Positions 19,216-28,341 of a stretch of 45,397 nt of DNA are shown piece after piece; position 1 is the first letter of the stretch, and the number at the start of each line of letters is the position of its first letter. The translations under genes and the position numbers were made by a program. The stretch is taken from the IMG/VR virus record IMGVR_UViG_3300032024_000088, positions 1 to 45,397 of that record; one strand, given 5' to 3'. A model generated the notes under the pieces. It was not told where the DNA came from, did not search any database, and worked only from the letters and a program-made list of their open reading frames with translations. Source of the DNA: a virus. Its lineage: Duplodnaviria; Caudoviricetes.

Positions 19216-19758
19216 ATGCGAAATCAAACTGGGCCACGTCTCCCTCATCGACAGTTGGGATTCCTTGGAGCAGCCCTCTCCATTGGTGGGGCAGTGCTGG
19301 GGGCAATCTCAGCAAAGAAAAAGGCCAAGCAGGAAAAGAAGTTAGCCCAACAGGCGGTTGAGGCGGCTGATCCTTTTGCTCCATATCGTAAGGACAATGC
19401 GCAGAAATTGCAGAACCTTATGAATGATCCATCTTCTGTGGAAAATCTTCCCGAGTACAAAACTCGTATTCGTGCTGCGGAAAGAACAATGGCTGCACAG
19501 GGATTCACTGGCAGTGGTAATGCACTGGTAGCTGCGGCAGAGGCTAGCGGTGAAGCATACCAGTCGGCGTTTAATAACTTGGCTCTCACATCTGGTGCGA
19601 ATGCTAACCCAGGCCAGGGCTTCCCTGCTGCATTGCAATCCACTGCAAATGCCAATCAGACAGATTTGAATGGGCAAGGTAATTTGTTTGGGACAATCGC
19701 TCGCGGTGGTCAACAGATTTGGGATTCATTTAACTCTCCTCCTCCGACCGGGCCATAA
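19216..19758 (+). CDS. Small ejection/pilot protein (P22 gp7-like)
   Basis: AGGAGG RBS; hydrophobic GFLGAALSIGGAVLG, then an Ala/Gln-rich region; PEYK..AAQG..GSGN motif. Confidence 0.7.
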   Translation: MRNQTGPRLPHRQLGFLGAALSIGGAVLGAISAKKKAKQEKKLAQQAVEAADPFAPYRKDNAQKLQNLMNDPSSVENLPEYKTRIRAAERTMAAQGFTGSGNALVAAAEASGEAYQSAFNNLALTSGANANPGQGFPAALQSTANANQTDLNGQGNLFGTIARGGQQIWDSFNSPPPTGP

Positions 19759-19761
19759 ATC

Positions 19762-20919
19762 ATGGGACAATGGTATGAAGTTGGTGCTAACACCCTTGAT
19801 GCAATCAACCGGGATAGAGAAAGCCGGTTGAATCAAGCGGCTACGCAGATGAACATGGATACTCTTGCACGTAATCAAAAGGCTGCAGAAGCTGAAGGCG
19901 TGGCCATCCAACGTGCGGGAGAGTTGTTTGGTCAACTGGCATCTGGGCAACACCCGAAGGGGTCGCCGCAAGTTGATGACGATGCTAGCGTGGCTGATCC
20001 CTTTATTCAAACGGGGTCTGCTTTGTTAGCAAGTGGTTATGCCAAGGCGGCTGAGCCGTTCTTCAAGCAAGGTAATGAACTTGCAAAGGAAGAGCGCCTT
20101 CGGATGACGGAGGAAAGGAATGCGGAGAAATTAGAAACAGAACGATCTGATCGGCAGATCTCCTTGACGGATAGGTTTCTTACTAACTCCAATGCTGCTT
20201 CATGGGAATCAGACAAGGCTGCTATGATTGCGGCAGGGGCAGATGGAACAATTAGTGAGAGTGAAGCACAGGCCCTTGCAGCACTCCCTTATGATCCAGA
20301 TGCAGTTGAGCAATTGCGGAAACAGGCGGTGACGGTAGCGGAACAGAATAAGGCCAAGCGATTGGAGTTGTCTGCGCAAGACCTTGCAACTGACAGACGC
20401 TTGAATCGTTCCTTGCGAATGCAGGAACTTGAACTTGCAAAACAAAAGGAACAGAATCGTAGGATAGATGAAGCAAACAAAGCTAAGGATGGGAAAAGTG
20501 CAGGGGCAGCTGACGCTAAAACAGTTGACCTTGCAGAAGCTACTATTCGTACTCGTCTCTTTGGTGGACGTATCCCGGATAAGAGCAAAGGCCTTCGTAT
20601 CCTTCGTGAGATGGCTCCTGTTATTGCATCTCGGGCAATTCAAGGATCTGCAAATCATCCTGGTATTACGATGGAAGTAGCTATTCAAAGAGAAATCACT
20701 AACGCTATCTCCAATGGTGAGCTGGATATGGAAGCAGTGGATGATGTTAAGGAAGCCAAGAAAAAGGCGGAGTTCACTCCTAAGGGTCGTACACGAGATG
20801 CTCCCTTGGTGTACAAGCGTGGAATGGAGATGCAGAAGGGATTGTACTACATGGTACCAACTGCGAATGGGGACAAGTTGGGTATCTGGACTGGCAGCTC
20901 TTTCAAAGAATTGGAGTAA
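19762..20919 (+). CDS. Middle ejection protein (P22 gp20-like position)
   Basis: Ala/Gln/Glu-rich helical protein between the pilot and the large ejection protein. Confidence 0.65.
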   Translation: MGQWYEVGANTLDAINRDRESRLNQAATQMNMDTLARNQKAAEAEGVAIQRAGELFGQLASGQHPKGSPQVDDDASVADPFIQTGSALLASGYAKAAEPFFKQGNELAKEERLRMTEERNAEKLETERSDRQISLTDRFLTNSNAASWESDKAAMIAAGADGTISESEAQALAALPYDPDAVEQLRKQAVTVAEQNKAKRLELSAQDLATDRRLNRSLRMQELELAKQKEQNRRIDEANKAKDGKSAGAADAKTVDLAEATIRTRLFGGRIPDKSKGLRILREMAPVIASRAIQGSANHPGITMEVAIQREITNAISNGELDMEAVDDVKEAKKKAEFTPKGRTRDAPLVYKRGMEMQKGLYYMVPTANGDKLGIWTGSSFKELE

Positions 20920-20922
20920 TGT

Positions 20923-23900
20923 ATGCCTCGTGAGTTTTCCTTGCAAGACTTAGATGCAATGGTAACAGGGGAATCGTCGGAAGGTCTGCCGGAGGAGCGT
21001 GGGCCAGGGAAACAATTCTCACTGGCAGACCTAGATGCAATGGTCGTTCCTGTGCAGCCTGTCCCCAAGGGTCCTTCCAAGATATCTCAGATTGTTGAGG
21101 GTGCGCAAAACCTTGGTAAGGGAGTTGAGAAACATCTCATTATTGATCCTATTGTGGGACTGGGGGAAGTTGCATCTGACACTTGGGATCACTTCCGTAA
21201 GCGCTGGGATGAACGGGGGATTGCTAACATTGATGCGTCGTTTAGTGCGGATCAGGTAGCTACACTGAAGGCACAGAATTTTAAGGGGGCAGATGACTTC
21301 CCGGATTCGGGCGTTAACTTCTTCGGGATGTCTGTTAACCCCAGCGAGCCGCAGGTGGTGGAAGAGGATACATTTGGGAAGTGGGTATCGCCTCTCACAT
21401 TATTGTTGCGTGAGAGTATGCCATCTCAAATGATCCAGTCTGCCTTCCGACAGCCAGAGCTTACTCGTGCTCGCTTTGATGCAGCCAACCGAGTGCTGCA
21501 ACAGTCTTATATTGTGAGTCATCCAGAGGAGTTTCCACAAGTAACTCGTGATGCAGCACAGGCTGCTATTGATACACGCAAGGCACGAGTTGATCCCACA
21601 CTGTGGGAACAAACAAAGGGCATGGCGGCAGGGATTAAGGAAGACCCTGGGGCAGTTGGGCTGGAGTTTGCGAAGGGTATCTTGGCTGACCCTTGGGCTG
21701 TGTCAGCGGCGTTGGAGGGAACTTCCATTAAGGTACTAACAAACCTTGCAAAGCTTGGTAAGGTTGCCAAAGTACCTGTTGCTATTAAGGCAGCCGATCG
21801 TGCTATTGGAGCGGGCATAGCTGGTGGTGGGGTGAACGCTGCTATTACAATAGCCCATCAAGAAAACACTCCCAACGGCAGGGATAGGGCAGAGATTCAA
21901 TTTGCCGCTACTCTTGGAGCAGCTTTAGGTGGCCCTCTTGGATTGGTGTTTGGCAAGGGGGCAAAAGCTCGTGAGACTATTAAGGGAACTACTCGCCCGA
22001 CTGGGGAGAAGGTCGCGGGAGACCTTGGAGAGGTTCTGGATAATGCTATCAAGGACCTTGCCAAGACCGAGGCTGTTATTGATGATCTTGTGGAACCGAT
22101 CATTGAAGGGAAGGGCGCCAGTCGTGTTGCTACTCGAGCGGAAGGTCTGGATGAAGTGTTTGATGTTGTGTCAATGGAACAGTTAGATGATTTCTTTGGT
22201 ATTGGAAAAAGAACCAATCCTAACACAGGGGAACTGGAGGTTGTTACAGATTTAACCAAGTGGCACAAGAAACGTGCGGCAGAACTGCGCGCGTTGTTCA
22301 AGGAAGAAAAGGACTATGCGGATTTCTTGGAGTTCAAGGCGCAAGAACGTGCAGACCTCACTCGGTCAAGGGAGAACCGTGAGGCTATTATGAATGCCAA
22401 ACGGCTTCAGGAGTTTGAGGCCAAGGAGGCAAGGAACATCTCTGAACGGGCGAAGTTTCAGGAAGAGTTTGACAACGCAGTGGAAGCAAGAGACTTGCAG
22501 GAACAACTCTCCATTATTGAACAGGCAAGGAAGCTTAACGAAGATCATATTAGGGAATCGTCCCTTAATGAAGCTGACGCCATGCAAGCTGCGTGGACAG
22601 AAGATGTTCCTGTCATTCGCAATGCTATGCAACAGGCTACGCGAAGGGCGAATAAGATTCGTCAGCGGGGAGTGGAAGGGTTTGCAGATGTAGACTTGTT
22701 GGTTAAACTTGGCCTTGGTGCAGGTGTTATCACGGCAGGGTTAGCTATGTTCCCGGAGGATGGGAAGAAAGGATCGTTGGCGGCGATCTTGCTGGGGGCA
22801 GTTACGAGAAGGGCACCGAGACATTTTGTCGCCAGGGATATTGCGCCCCGTTTGTTGGAAAAAGGCCTTGACAATCCCAATGTGTGGCCTATTCAAAAGA
22901 TGGTGCAGCGATACATCACTAGGCATCTTGGTAAAGACACTGATCCATTACATCAAGTGGAGCTTTTAACGCATCCGGGAAAATCTATTGCTTCCTTAAT
23001 GGATGATGTACTTACAGTACGTACAGTTAATGAAACTGATCTTAGACTTGCTGATGTACGTCTTGCAACTGCTTCAAGGGAAGTTGAACTAGGGGATATG
23101 GTAACTGATATAGTAACAACAAGGGAAAATACAGCATCTTACTTTGCTCTTACTGATTTCATGTCTCACGCCTCTGACTACGCTCTCACACTCCCCGAGG
23201 GTAAGTTAGCCCAGTATGATCTTCCACGTCTACTCCGGGAAACTGTTGAGTGGGATAAGAAGAACGCTGTCATTGCAGAGAAGGCTCGTGCGAAAGCTCG
23301 TACTGGGAAAGACAGTAAGTATAAAGAATACCCTGACGGCACCTACTGGACACGCCTCAATGAGGAGGGCCAGTTCGCTGCGGAGAGTGATATGATGGGG
23401 CATTCTGTTAGGGGGTATGAGAGGAATCCAAGTTTGGGAGGAGCATCTGATTATGGCTTCAATGGATGGAAGGGAATACAAGAAGAACATGCGAAGGTGT
23501 TTTCCCTTCGAGACGCTGATGGGATTAGTCATGTAACGGTGGAGTTATTCTCGCCGGAGAGAGCGTATGGCCTGTCACTCGACGATAAAAGAGCTATAAT
23601 AAACGTACAAGATCTTGTTTCAACGGACGAGTTAACACTGTCCGGAGCTAAAACAACGAAAGATTTTATTGTCGCCGCTCGTGAGGGTAAGTACGGCCCT
23701 ATCATTCGTGGAAAGATTGAACAGATTCTTGCAGACTCGAAAAAGAACAGAGGCGGTTATATCACTGCCCAGGTACGAGGGAAAGGTAACTCTGTCCCCA
23801 TTGAAAAGTACCGGGCTGCCATTGATGACTTGATTCGACAGGAAGCAGACAGTAAGGTAGAAGCAGGCGCCGGCTGGGAAGTTCAGGATCCTGTAAAACT

Positions 23901-26829
23901 TGCCCGTGGTGAACAATCTGGTTTCATTCACCCTGACATGTTGGACATGGTAGCGAAGGGGCTTGTTGTAACAGGCGGAGTAGCCTTGGGTGTTGGGCTA
24001 GCGCCAGACGACAGAAAATTGGCGGGTGGTATCCTCGGTGGATTGGCTGGGTTACTTGTCCCCAGTGGGGGCACTGTTGCAAGTCGTATGCGTCAGTCAG
24101 GGGCCATGTCATTGGATGGTTCCCGTCTTGTAGGGATGATCTTTGACGGCATGTCAGTGGCACAGGAAAAGGCCCTGCTGGATGGTGCCAGGGCGAAGGA
24201 TTCCACTAGCCTACGAAAGCTATTTGAAACGCACAGTGGAAGACTGCGCCGTAGTCTCGGGAGAGATATGCAAGATGTGCATGCCTCTGCTGGGGTAGAT
24301 ATAGATGACATTGTGCAAGAATCTTTCATCACTGCCTTTGAGAAGATTGACAACCTCAGAGACGGTGTGCAGTTCTACACTTGGCTATACGGGATTGGGA
24401 AGGTTAAACTTCGTACGGCAGCTAAGCGAGGGCGTCTACGTAGGACAGAGAGTATTGAACCTTCCATTGTTGCTAACGACATGGCGGAGTTAGGTGAGCC
24501 AGCGGCACGGGTGGAGGAACACTCACCGGGACACTTGGACACACCTGAGAACATTGCTATGGCTCAGGAGATGCAAGAGGCTCTCAATCGTTCTATTAAA
24601 GGAATGAGTGATGACTTGTTGAAGGTGTTTCTTCTGAATGAAGATGGTATGCCTCAGCCAGACATTGCAGCGGCTTTGGGGATTTCCCCTGTCAATGTGC
24701 GAGTGCGATTGTCCCGTGCTAAGGCACACATGGAAGCATCTGTGCAGAAGTATCTTGGCATTAAGGGTGGTGGGAGGAATAGTTTTGTCCGTGACGCTGG
24801 GACAGAAGGGCGAGTTGGGAATATTCCAAAGGTACCACGTAACCAACAGGGGGCGGTTGATCCTCAGTTGTTGCGCATTGCTATGTATGTTGGTGCAGGT
24901 GCGGCGTTGGGTACCTACTTCCGCCGCGAGGATGAACCCTTGTATGGGGCAGGCCTTGGAATGATTGCTGGCTTTGGGTTGGCTAGCCCAGGTGGGAAGA
25001 GATTGTTTAAGGGATTGGATAAAGCTGTTGGCATGGTGGACTATCGGATTAAAAAGATGAGCCCATTGCTATGGAAGAAAACCAAGGAACATGCTATTGG
25101 GGAACTGAAAGGAATTGATGATGGCCTGCATAAGGTTGATCCTTTCCTTGTACTGTTGAACCGTCTACCGCAGGCGCATCAGGCAGTGGTATGGCAGGCA
25201 CTGTCCACTAGTAATGGTACTGTCATCGGGAAGGTTATTGAGGCTGCGGGAGGGGAGGACTTGTTGAAGGCGCATAAGATATTCCGTGCGCACATGAAGG
25301 AACGTGGTGATCGTTTGGTTTCACTTGGTCTCATCAAGACTGCGGACGAATGGCACTTCCCGGCACGAGTAAAAGACCTGGAAGGGTTGCGTACTCATCT
25401 TGATGTTGCCAGCCGAGCATTTCTTGACCGTGTCTTGGATGATGCGGAGAGTAAGAAGATGAAGTCAGTGGGAGAGTCTCTTACGGAAATGGAGAAGAAT
25501 GCCATTATTCGGAATGTTCTTATTGGGTTCAAACATAAGGGAGATCGTCTGCCGGGGTTTGCAAGGAAGAAAGTCATTCCCGAGATCACGCCAGAGTTGC
25601 AACCCTTTTATTATTCCCCTACCGAGTCTGTGCATAGTTTCATTCGTGAGAGTGAGAAGGCTGTGCAGAAGGCTAAGTTCTTCGGTGTGCATAGGAAGGT
25701 TAAGAATGCCGATGGGCAGTTATTCACTGACACAGAGGAGTCAATTAGTAGTCTCACTCGAATGTTACGGGAGCAGGGGAAGTTAACAGACGATGAAGTG
25801 TTTGAACTTGCTGGGATGATCCGGGATAGGTTTGCAGGCGGTGAGCAGTCGATGAATACATTCTTACAAGGAACAAAGAACCTTGTGAGTGCTGGACTGT
25901 TGGGGAATATTTACTCCGCCGTTACCCAGATTGGTGATGGTATCATTCAGACAGGTCTGCAAGGGCCTCAGGCGTCAGTGTTGGCAGCGGCAAAGATGCT
26001 TTCTCGGAATACAGATATTAATGTCAAGAGTATTGGCATCACTGACTACCTCGCCGCCGACTTCATTGGAACAGACTGGACGGCCAAGGTAGCACGAGGG
26101 TCATTCAAGTGGGGTGGGTTCAGGGCAGTTGACTTGGGTATGAAAACCTTTGCTCTGCAGGCATCGTTTGAGAAACTGAAAATCCAAGTGCGTACGCAGA
26201 GTGGAATGAAGAAGCTCACGGAGAAGTACGGGGAAGTGTTTCCGAAGGAAGAATTTGATCAACTGGTGAAGGAGTTAAAGGTTGGAAAGAGGACTGACCT
26301 TATAGAGTTGGTGTCCTTCATGGAGCTGGGCAGAACACAAGTTATGAGTATGTGGGACACTCCGCAGTTGTATCAGAAGCATCCCACGGGGAGATTGTTC
26401 TACCACCTTGCATTGTTCAACCTTCGTGCGGCTAATGTGTTTCGGGAGGCAGCGTTTGCAAAAATGGCATCTGGTAACCCCATGGAGATTGCAAAGGGGT
26501 TGCGGAATCTACTAGGGTTGGGGCTAATGTATGGTATTGCTGGGGCTAGCACGGATAAGATCAAGGCGCTCTTACTGGGCAGGGACGTGGAGTTTGATCC
26601 AATGGACGTTCCCCTTAATACCATTGAGGCACTTGGCCTCAACATGTATGACTATGATAAGATGCAGCGGTCGAGAGACCCTATCAAGGAACTTATCTGG
26701 GCAAGGGGCATTCCGCCAACAGTGAAGGTTATTGGTGGTCTGGCAACAAGGCCAGCGGAGGATAGTGTCCGTCTCCTTCCAGTGGTTGGTCGACCATTAC
26801 ATGAGTTTGTAATAAAGGATGATGAATAA
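20923..26829 (+). CDS. Large ejection (internal virion) polyvalent protein containing PcfJ-like and ECF sigma-factor domains
   Basis: 1968 aa, third gene of the ejection trio; multiple Gly-rich TM-like segments; recognisable internal domains (see findings). Confidence 0.8.
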   Translation: MPREFSLQDLDAMVTGESSEGLPEERGPGKQFSLADLDAMVVPVQPVPKGPSKISQIVEGAQNLGKGVEKHLIIDPIVGLGEVASDTWDHFRKRWDERGIANIDASFSADQVATLKAQNFKGADDFPDSGVNFFGMSVNPSEPQVVEEDTFGKWVSPLTLLLRESMPSQMIQSAFRQPELTRARFDAANRVLQQSYIVSHPEEFPQVTRDAAQAAIDTRKARVDPTLWEQTKGMAAGIKEDPGAVGLEFAKGILADPWAVSAALEGTSIKVLTNLAKLGKVAKVPVAIKAADRAIGAGIAGGGVNAAITIAHQENTPNGRDRAEIQFAATLGAALGGPLGLVFGKGAKARETIKGTTRPTGEKVAGDLGEVLDNAIKDLAKTEAVIDDLVEPIIEGKGASRVATRAEGLDEVFDVVSMEQLDDFFGIGKRTNPNTGELEVVTDLTKWHKKRAAELRALFKEEKDYADFLEFKAQERADLTRSRENREAIMNAKRLQEFEAKEARNISERAKFQEEFDNAVEARDLQEQLSIIEQARKLNEDHIRESSLNEADAMQAAWTEDVPVIRNAMQQATRRANKIRQRGVEGFADVDLLVKLGLGAGVITAGLAMFPEDGKKGSLAAILLGAVTRRAPRHFVARDIAPRLLEKGLDNPNVWPIQKMVQRYITRHLGKDTDPLHQVELLTHPGKSIASLMDDVLTVRTVNETDLRLADVRLATASREVELGDMVTDIVTTRENTASYFALTDFMSHASDYALTLPEGKLAQYDLPRLLRETVEWDKKNAVIAEKARAKARTGKDSKYKEYPDGTYWTRLNEEGQFAAESDMMGHSVRGYERNPSLGGASDYGFNGWKGIQEEHAKVFSLRDADGISHVTVELFSPERAYGLSLDDKRAIINVQDLVSTDELTLSGAKTTKDFIVAAREGKYGPIIRGKIEQILADSKKNRGGYITAQVRGKGNSVPIEKYRAAIDDLIRQEADSKVEAGAGWEVQDPVKLARGEQSGFIHPDMLDMVAKGLVVTGGVALGVGLAPDDRKLAGGILGGLAGLLVPSGGTVASRMRQSGAMSLDGSRLVGMIFDGMSVAQEKALLDGARAKDSTSLRKLFETHSGRLRRSLGRDMQDVHASAGVDIDDIVQESFITAFEKIDNLRDGVQFYTWLYGIGKVKLRTAAKRGRLRRTESIEPSIVANDMAELGEPAARVEEHSPGHLDTPENIAMAQEMQEALNRSIKGMSDDLLKVFLLNEDGMPQPDIAAALGISPVNVRVRLSRAKAHMEASVQKYLGIKGGGRNSFVRDAGTEGRVGNIPKVPRNQQGAVDPQLLRIAMYVGAGAALGTYFRREDEPLYGAGLGMIAGFGLASPGGKRLFKGLDKAVGMVDYRIKKMSPLLWKKTKEHAIGELKGIDDGLHKVDPFLVLLNRLPQAHQAVVWQALSTSNGTVIGKVIEAAGGEDLLKAHKIFRAHMKERGDRLVSLGLIKTADEWHFPARVKDLEGLRTHLDVASRAFLDRVLDDAESKKMKSVGESLTEMEKNAIIRNVLIGFKHKGDRLPGFARKKVIPEITPELQPFYYSPTESVHSFIRESEKAVQKAKFFGVHRKVKNADGQLFTDTEESISSLTRMLREQGKLTDDEVFELAGMIRDRFAGGEQSMNTFLQGTKNLVSAGLLGNIYSAVTQIGDGIIQTGLQGPQASVLAAAKMLSRNTDINVKSIGITDYLAADFIGTDWTAKVARGSFKWGGFRAVDLGMKTFALQASFEKLKIQVRTQSGMKKLTEKYGEVFPKEEFDQLVKELKVGKRTDLIELVSFMELGRTQVMSMWDTPQLYQKHPTGRLFYHLALFNLRAANVFREAAFAKMASGNPMEIAKGLRNLLGLGLMYGIAGASTDKIKALLLGRDVEFDPMDVPLNTIEALGLNMYDYDKMQRSRDPIKELIWARGIPPTVKVIGGLATRPAEDSVRLLPVVGRPLHEFVIKDDE
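24151..24759 (+). other. RpoE/sigma-24-like ECF sigma domain within the 1968-aa protein (aa ~1077-1279)
   Basis: Sigma2 DIDDIVQESFITAF..FYTWLYGIG; linker TPENIAMAQEMQEAL; sigma4 HTH DIAAALGISPVNVRVRLSRAK. Confidence 0.88.
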
Positions 26830-27110
26830 TGAAAGGACCGAAGGACTACCTTGCCCTTGGTGATTGGAATGCAGTTTGTTACTGTTGTGGGCATAAGTAT
26901 AAGGCAAGTGAATTGAAGAGACATTGGCAGGGTTTCTATGTTTGTGACCACTGCTGGGAGCCACGTCATTCACAAGACTTTGTTCGTGGTGGAAAGGATG
27001 ATCAGACACCACCTTGGACACAGGTACGACCGGGAGATGTATTCGTCCCGGATGCACCAGATGTAGGGCCAGTCGTGCAGCCAACGGACTATCCAATTCA
27101 TGATGATTAG
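26829..27110 (+). CDS. Small Cys-rich (Zn-binding) phage protein
   Basis: CYCCG...VCDHCWEPRHSQDFVRG motif. Confidence 0.7.
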   Translation: MKGPKDYLALGDWNAVCYCCGHKYKASELKRHWQGFYVCDHCWEPRHSQDFVRGGKDDQTPPWTQVRPGDVFVPDAPDVGPVVQPTDYPIHDD

Positions 27111-27114
27111 GAAA

Positions 27115-27131
27115 TGTTTCATCGTGTAACA
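27115..27131. promoter_or_regulatory. parS-like palindrome TGTTTCA-TCG-TGTAACA
   Basis: Occupies most of the 22-bp gap where the two genome arms converge. Confidence 0.7.
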
Positions 27132-27132
27132 T

Positions 27133-28341
27133 TTAGTCATCCCCACCAATCCATTCGTAAAGCTTTTCCCCGGTCTCGGGGGAGAGCTTTATTTTTATCA
27201 CTCGCATACCTTCCAGCGTCTGCTCAATGCCGAGGAGGGCTTGTGCATCTACATCACGGTAGAACTTAGTGAGAATGACACGCTTGGTTGTAACTCCCAG
27301 ACGTTGGATGTAGGACTTGATCATCTCAGTGGAGTCAGCATTCCTTGCCCGGCCCAGGCCACCGAAGGTCTTAGCCATGTTACCTTCCACGTTCTCCAAC
27401 AATGTCAAGGCACGTGCAAAGTCCAGGGCAGATAATTCCATTGAGTCACCACGGCTGGCACTGGAGATCATCATCAACTTGCGTAGATGAGTAGCCCGTC
27501 GCTCACAGTAGCCAGCAAATCTTGTGTCTGCAATAACAGGGTTACCGGCGCTGAGGGCTTCATCCTGTTTAATATACCAGGCAATGTAAAGGTCTCGCGC
27601 TTCGGCATCCATAGTCATCTCACCGGCCATCTGACCGATGCGTTCCAGGTCTCTGGTTAGGGCCAACCCTAGTTGGACTTCATGTTCTGATATATTGTGT
27701 TCAGCGATAGTGCGGCGTTTCTTCTCTTCCACCACGAAGATAATACGGCTAGTGAATCCACCACCAACAGCTTCGTGGGGTATCATAGATTGTAACCAGT
27801 CCGGCGCAGTGCCGCCCAGCAGATTCAAGCACAGGCCACTGAGGGAATCCTTACCTCGGGAGACTGTCTCGTACTCCCATTCATCCTTGGAGTCATACCA
27901 GTCAGTGAGATTGGCGAGATACGCAATGTCGCCCTGTCCAAGGAACACCGAGAGCTCTTCACTGAATGCCGTAATAGCACAGTGGAACTTAGTCTTGTTA
28001 TCCGTGGGGTCCTTGAAGTTTGTAATAGCCCGTTTCATGGCAAGGATAAGAGCCTGTCGTCCGCTGGAGGATTCCGGGGCTACACTGATTCCAGGTACCT
28101 GCCGGAGTAGGTCCTTCGCAATGCCGATAGCACCACCCTTACGAGTTCGCCCAGATGCACCAACCAATACTACATACATGTTAGGATAGATTACCTGCCC
28201 AAGACCCCATTTTAGATACACGCGTCGTTGAAGCGCCCCGGCTACAACTGAGATGGAACACCACTCATGGTATGAAAGAGGGGATTCAGTGTTCTCAGTG
28301 TACTCGGTGTAGGCGTCTAACCAATCACTGAGTTCCCTCAT
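27133..28341 (-). CDS. DUF3987-type P-loop ATPase/helicase
   Basis: NMYVVLVGASGRTRKG Walker A-like, FSEELSVF, LTDWYD, GGFTSRIIFV; next to PolA. Confidence 0.7.
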   Translation of the reverse strand: MRELSDWLDAYTEYTENTESPLSYHEWCSISVVAGALQRRVYLKWGLGQVIYPNMYVVLVGASGRTRKGGAIGIAKDLLRQVPGISVAPESSSGRQALILAMKRAITNFKDPTDNKTKFHCAITAFSEELSVFLGQGDIAYLANLTDWYDSKDEWEYETVSRGKDSLSGLCLNLLGGTAPDWLQSMIPHEAVGGGFTSRIIFVVEEKKRRTIAEHNISEHEVQLGLALTRDLERIGQMAGEMTMDAEARDLYIAWYIKQDEALSAGNPVIADTRFAGYCERRATHLRKLMMISSASRGDSMELSALDFARALTLLENVEGNMAKTFGGLGRARNADSTEMIKSYIQRLGVTTKRVILTKFYRDVDAQALLGIEQTLEGMRVIKIKLSPETGEKLYEWIGGDD

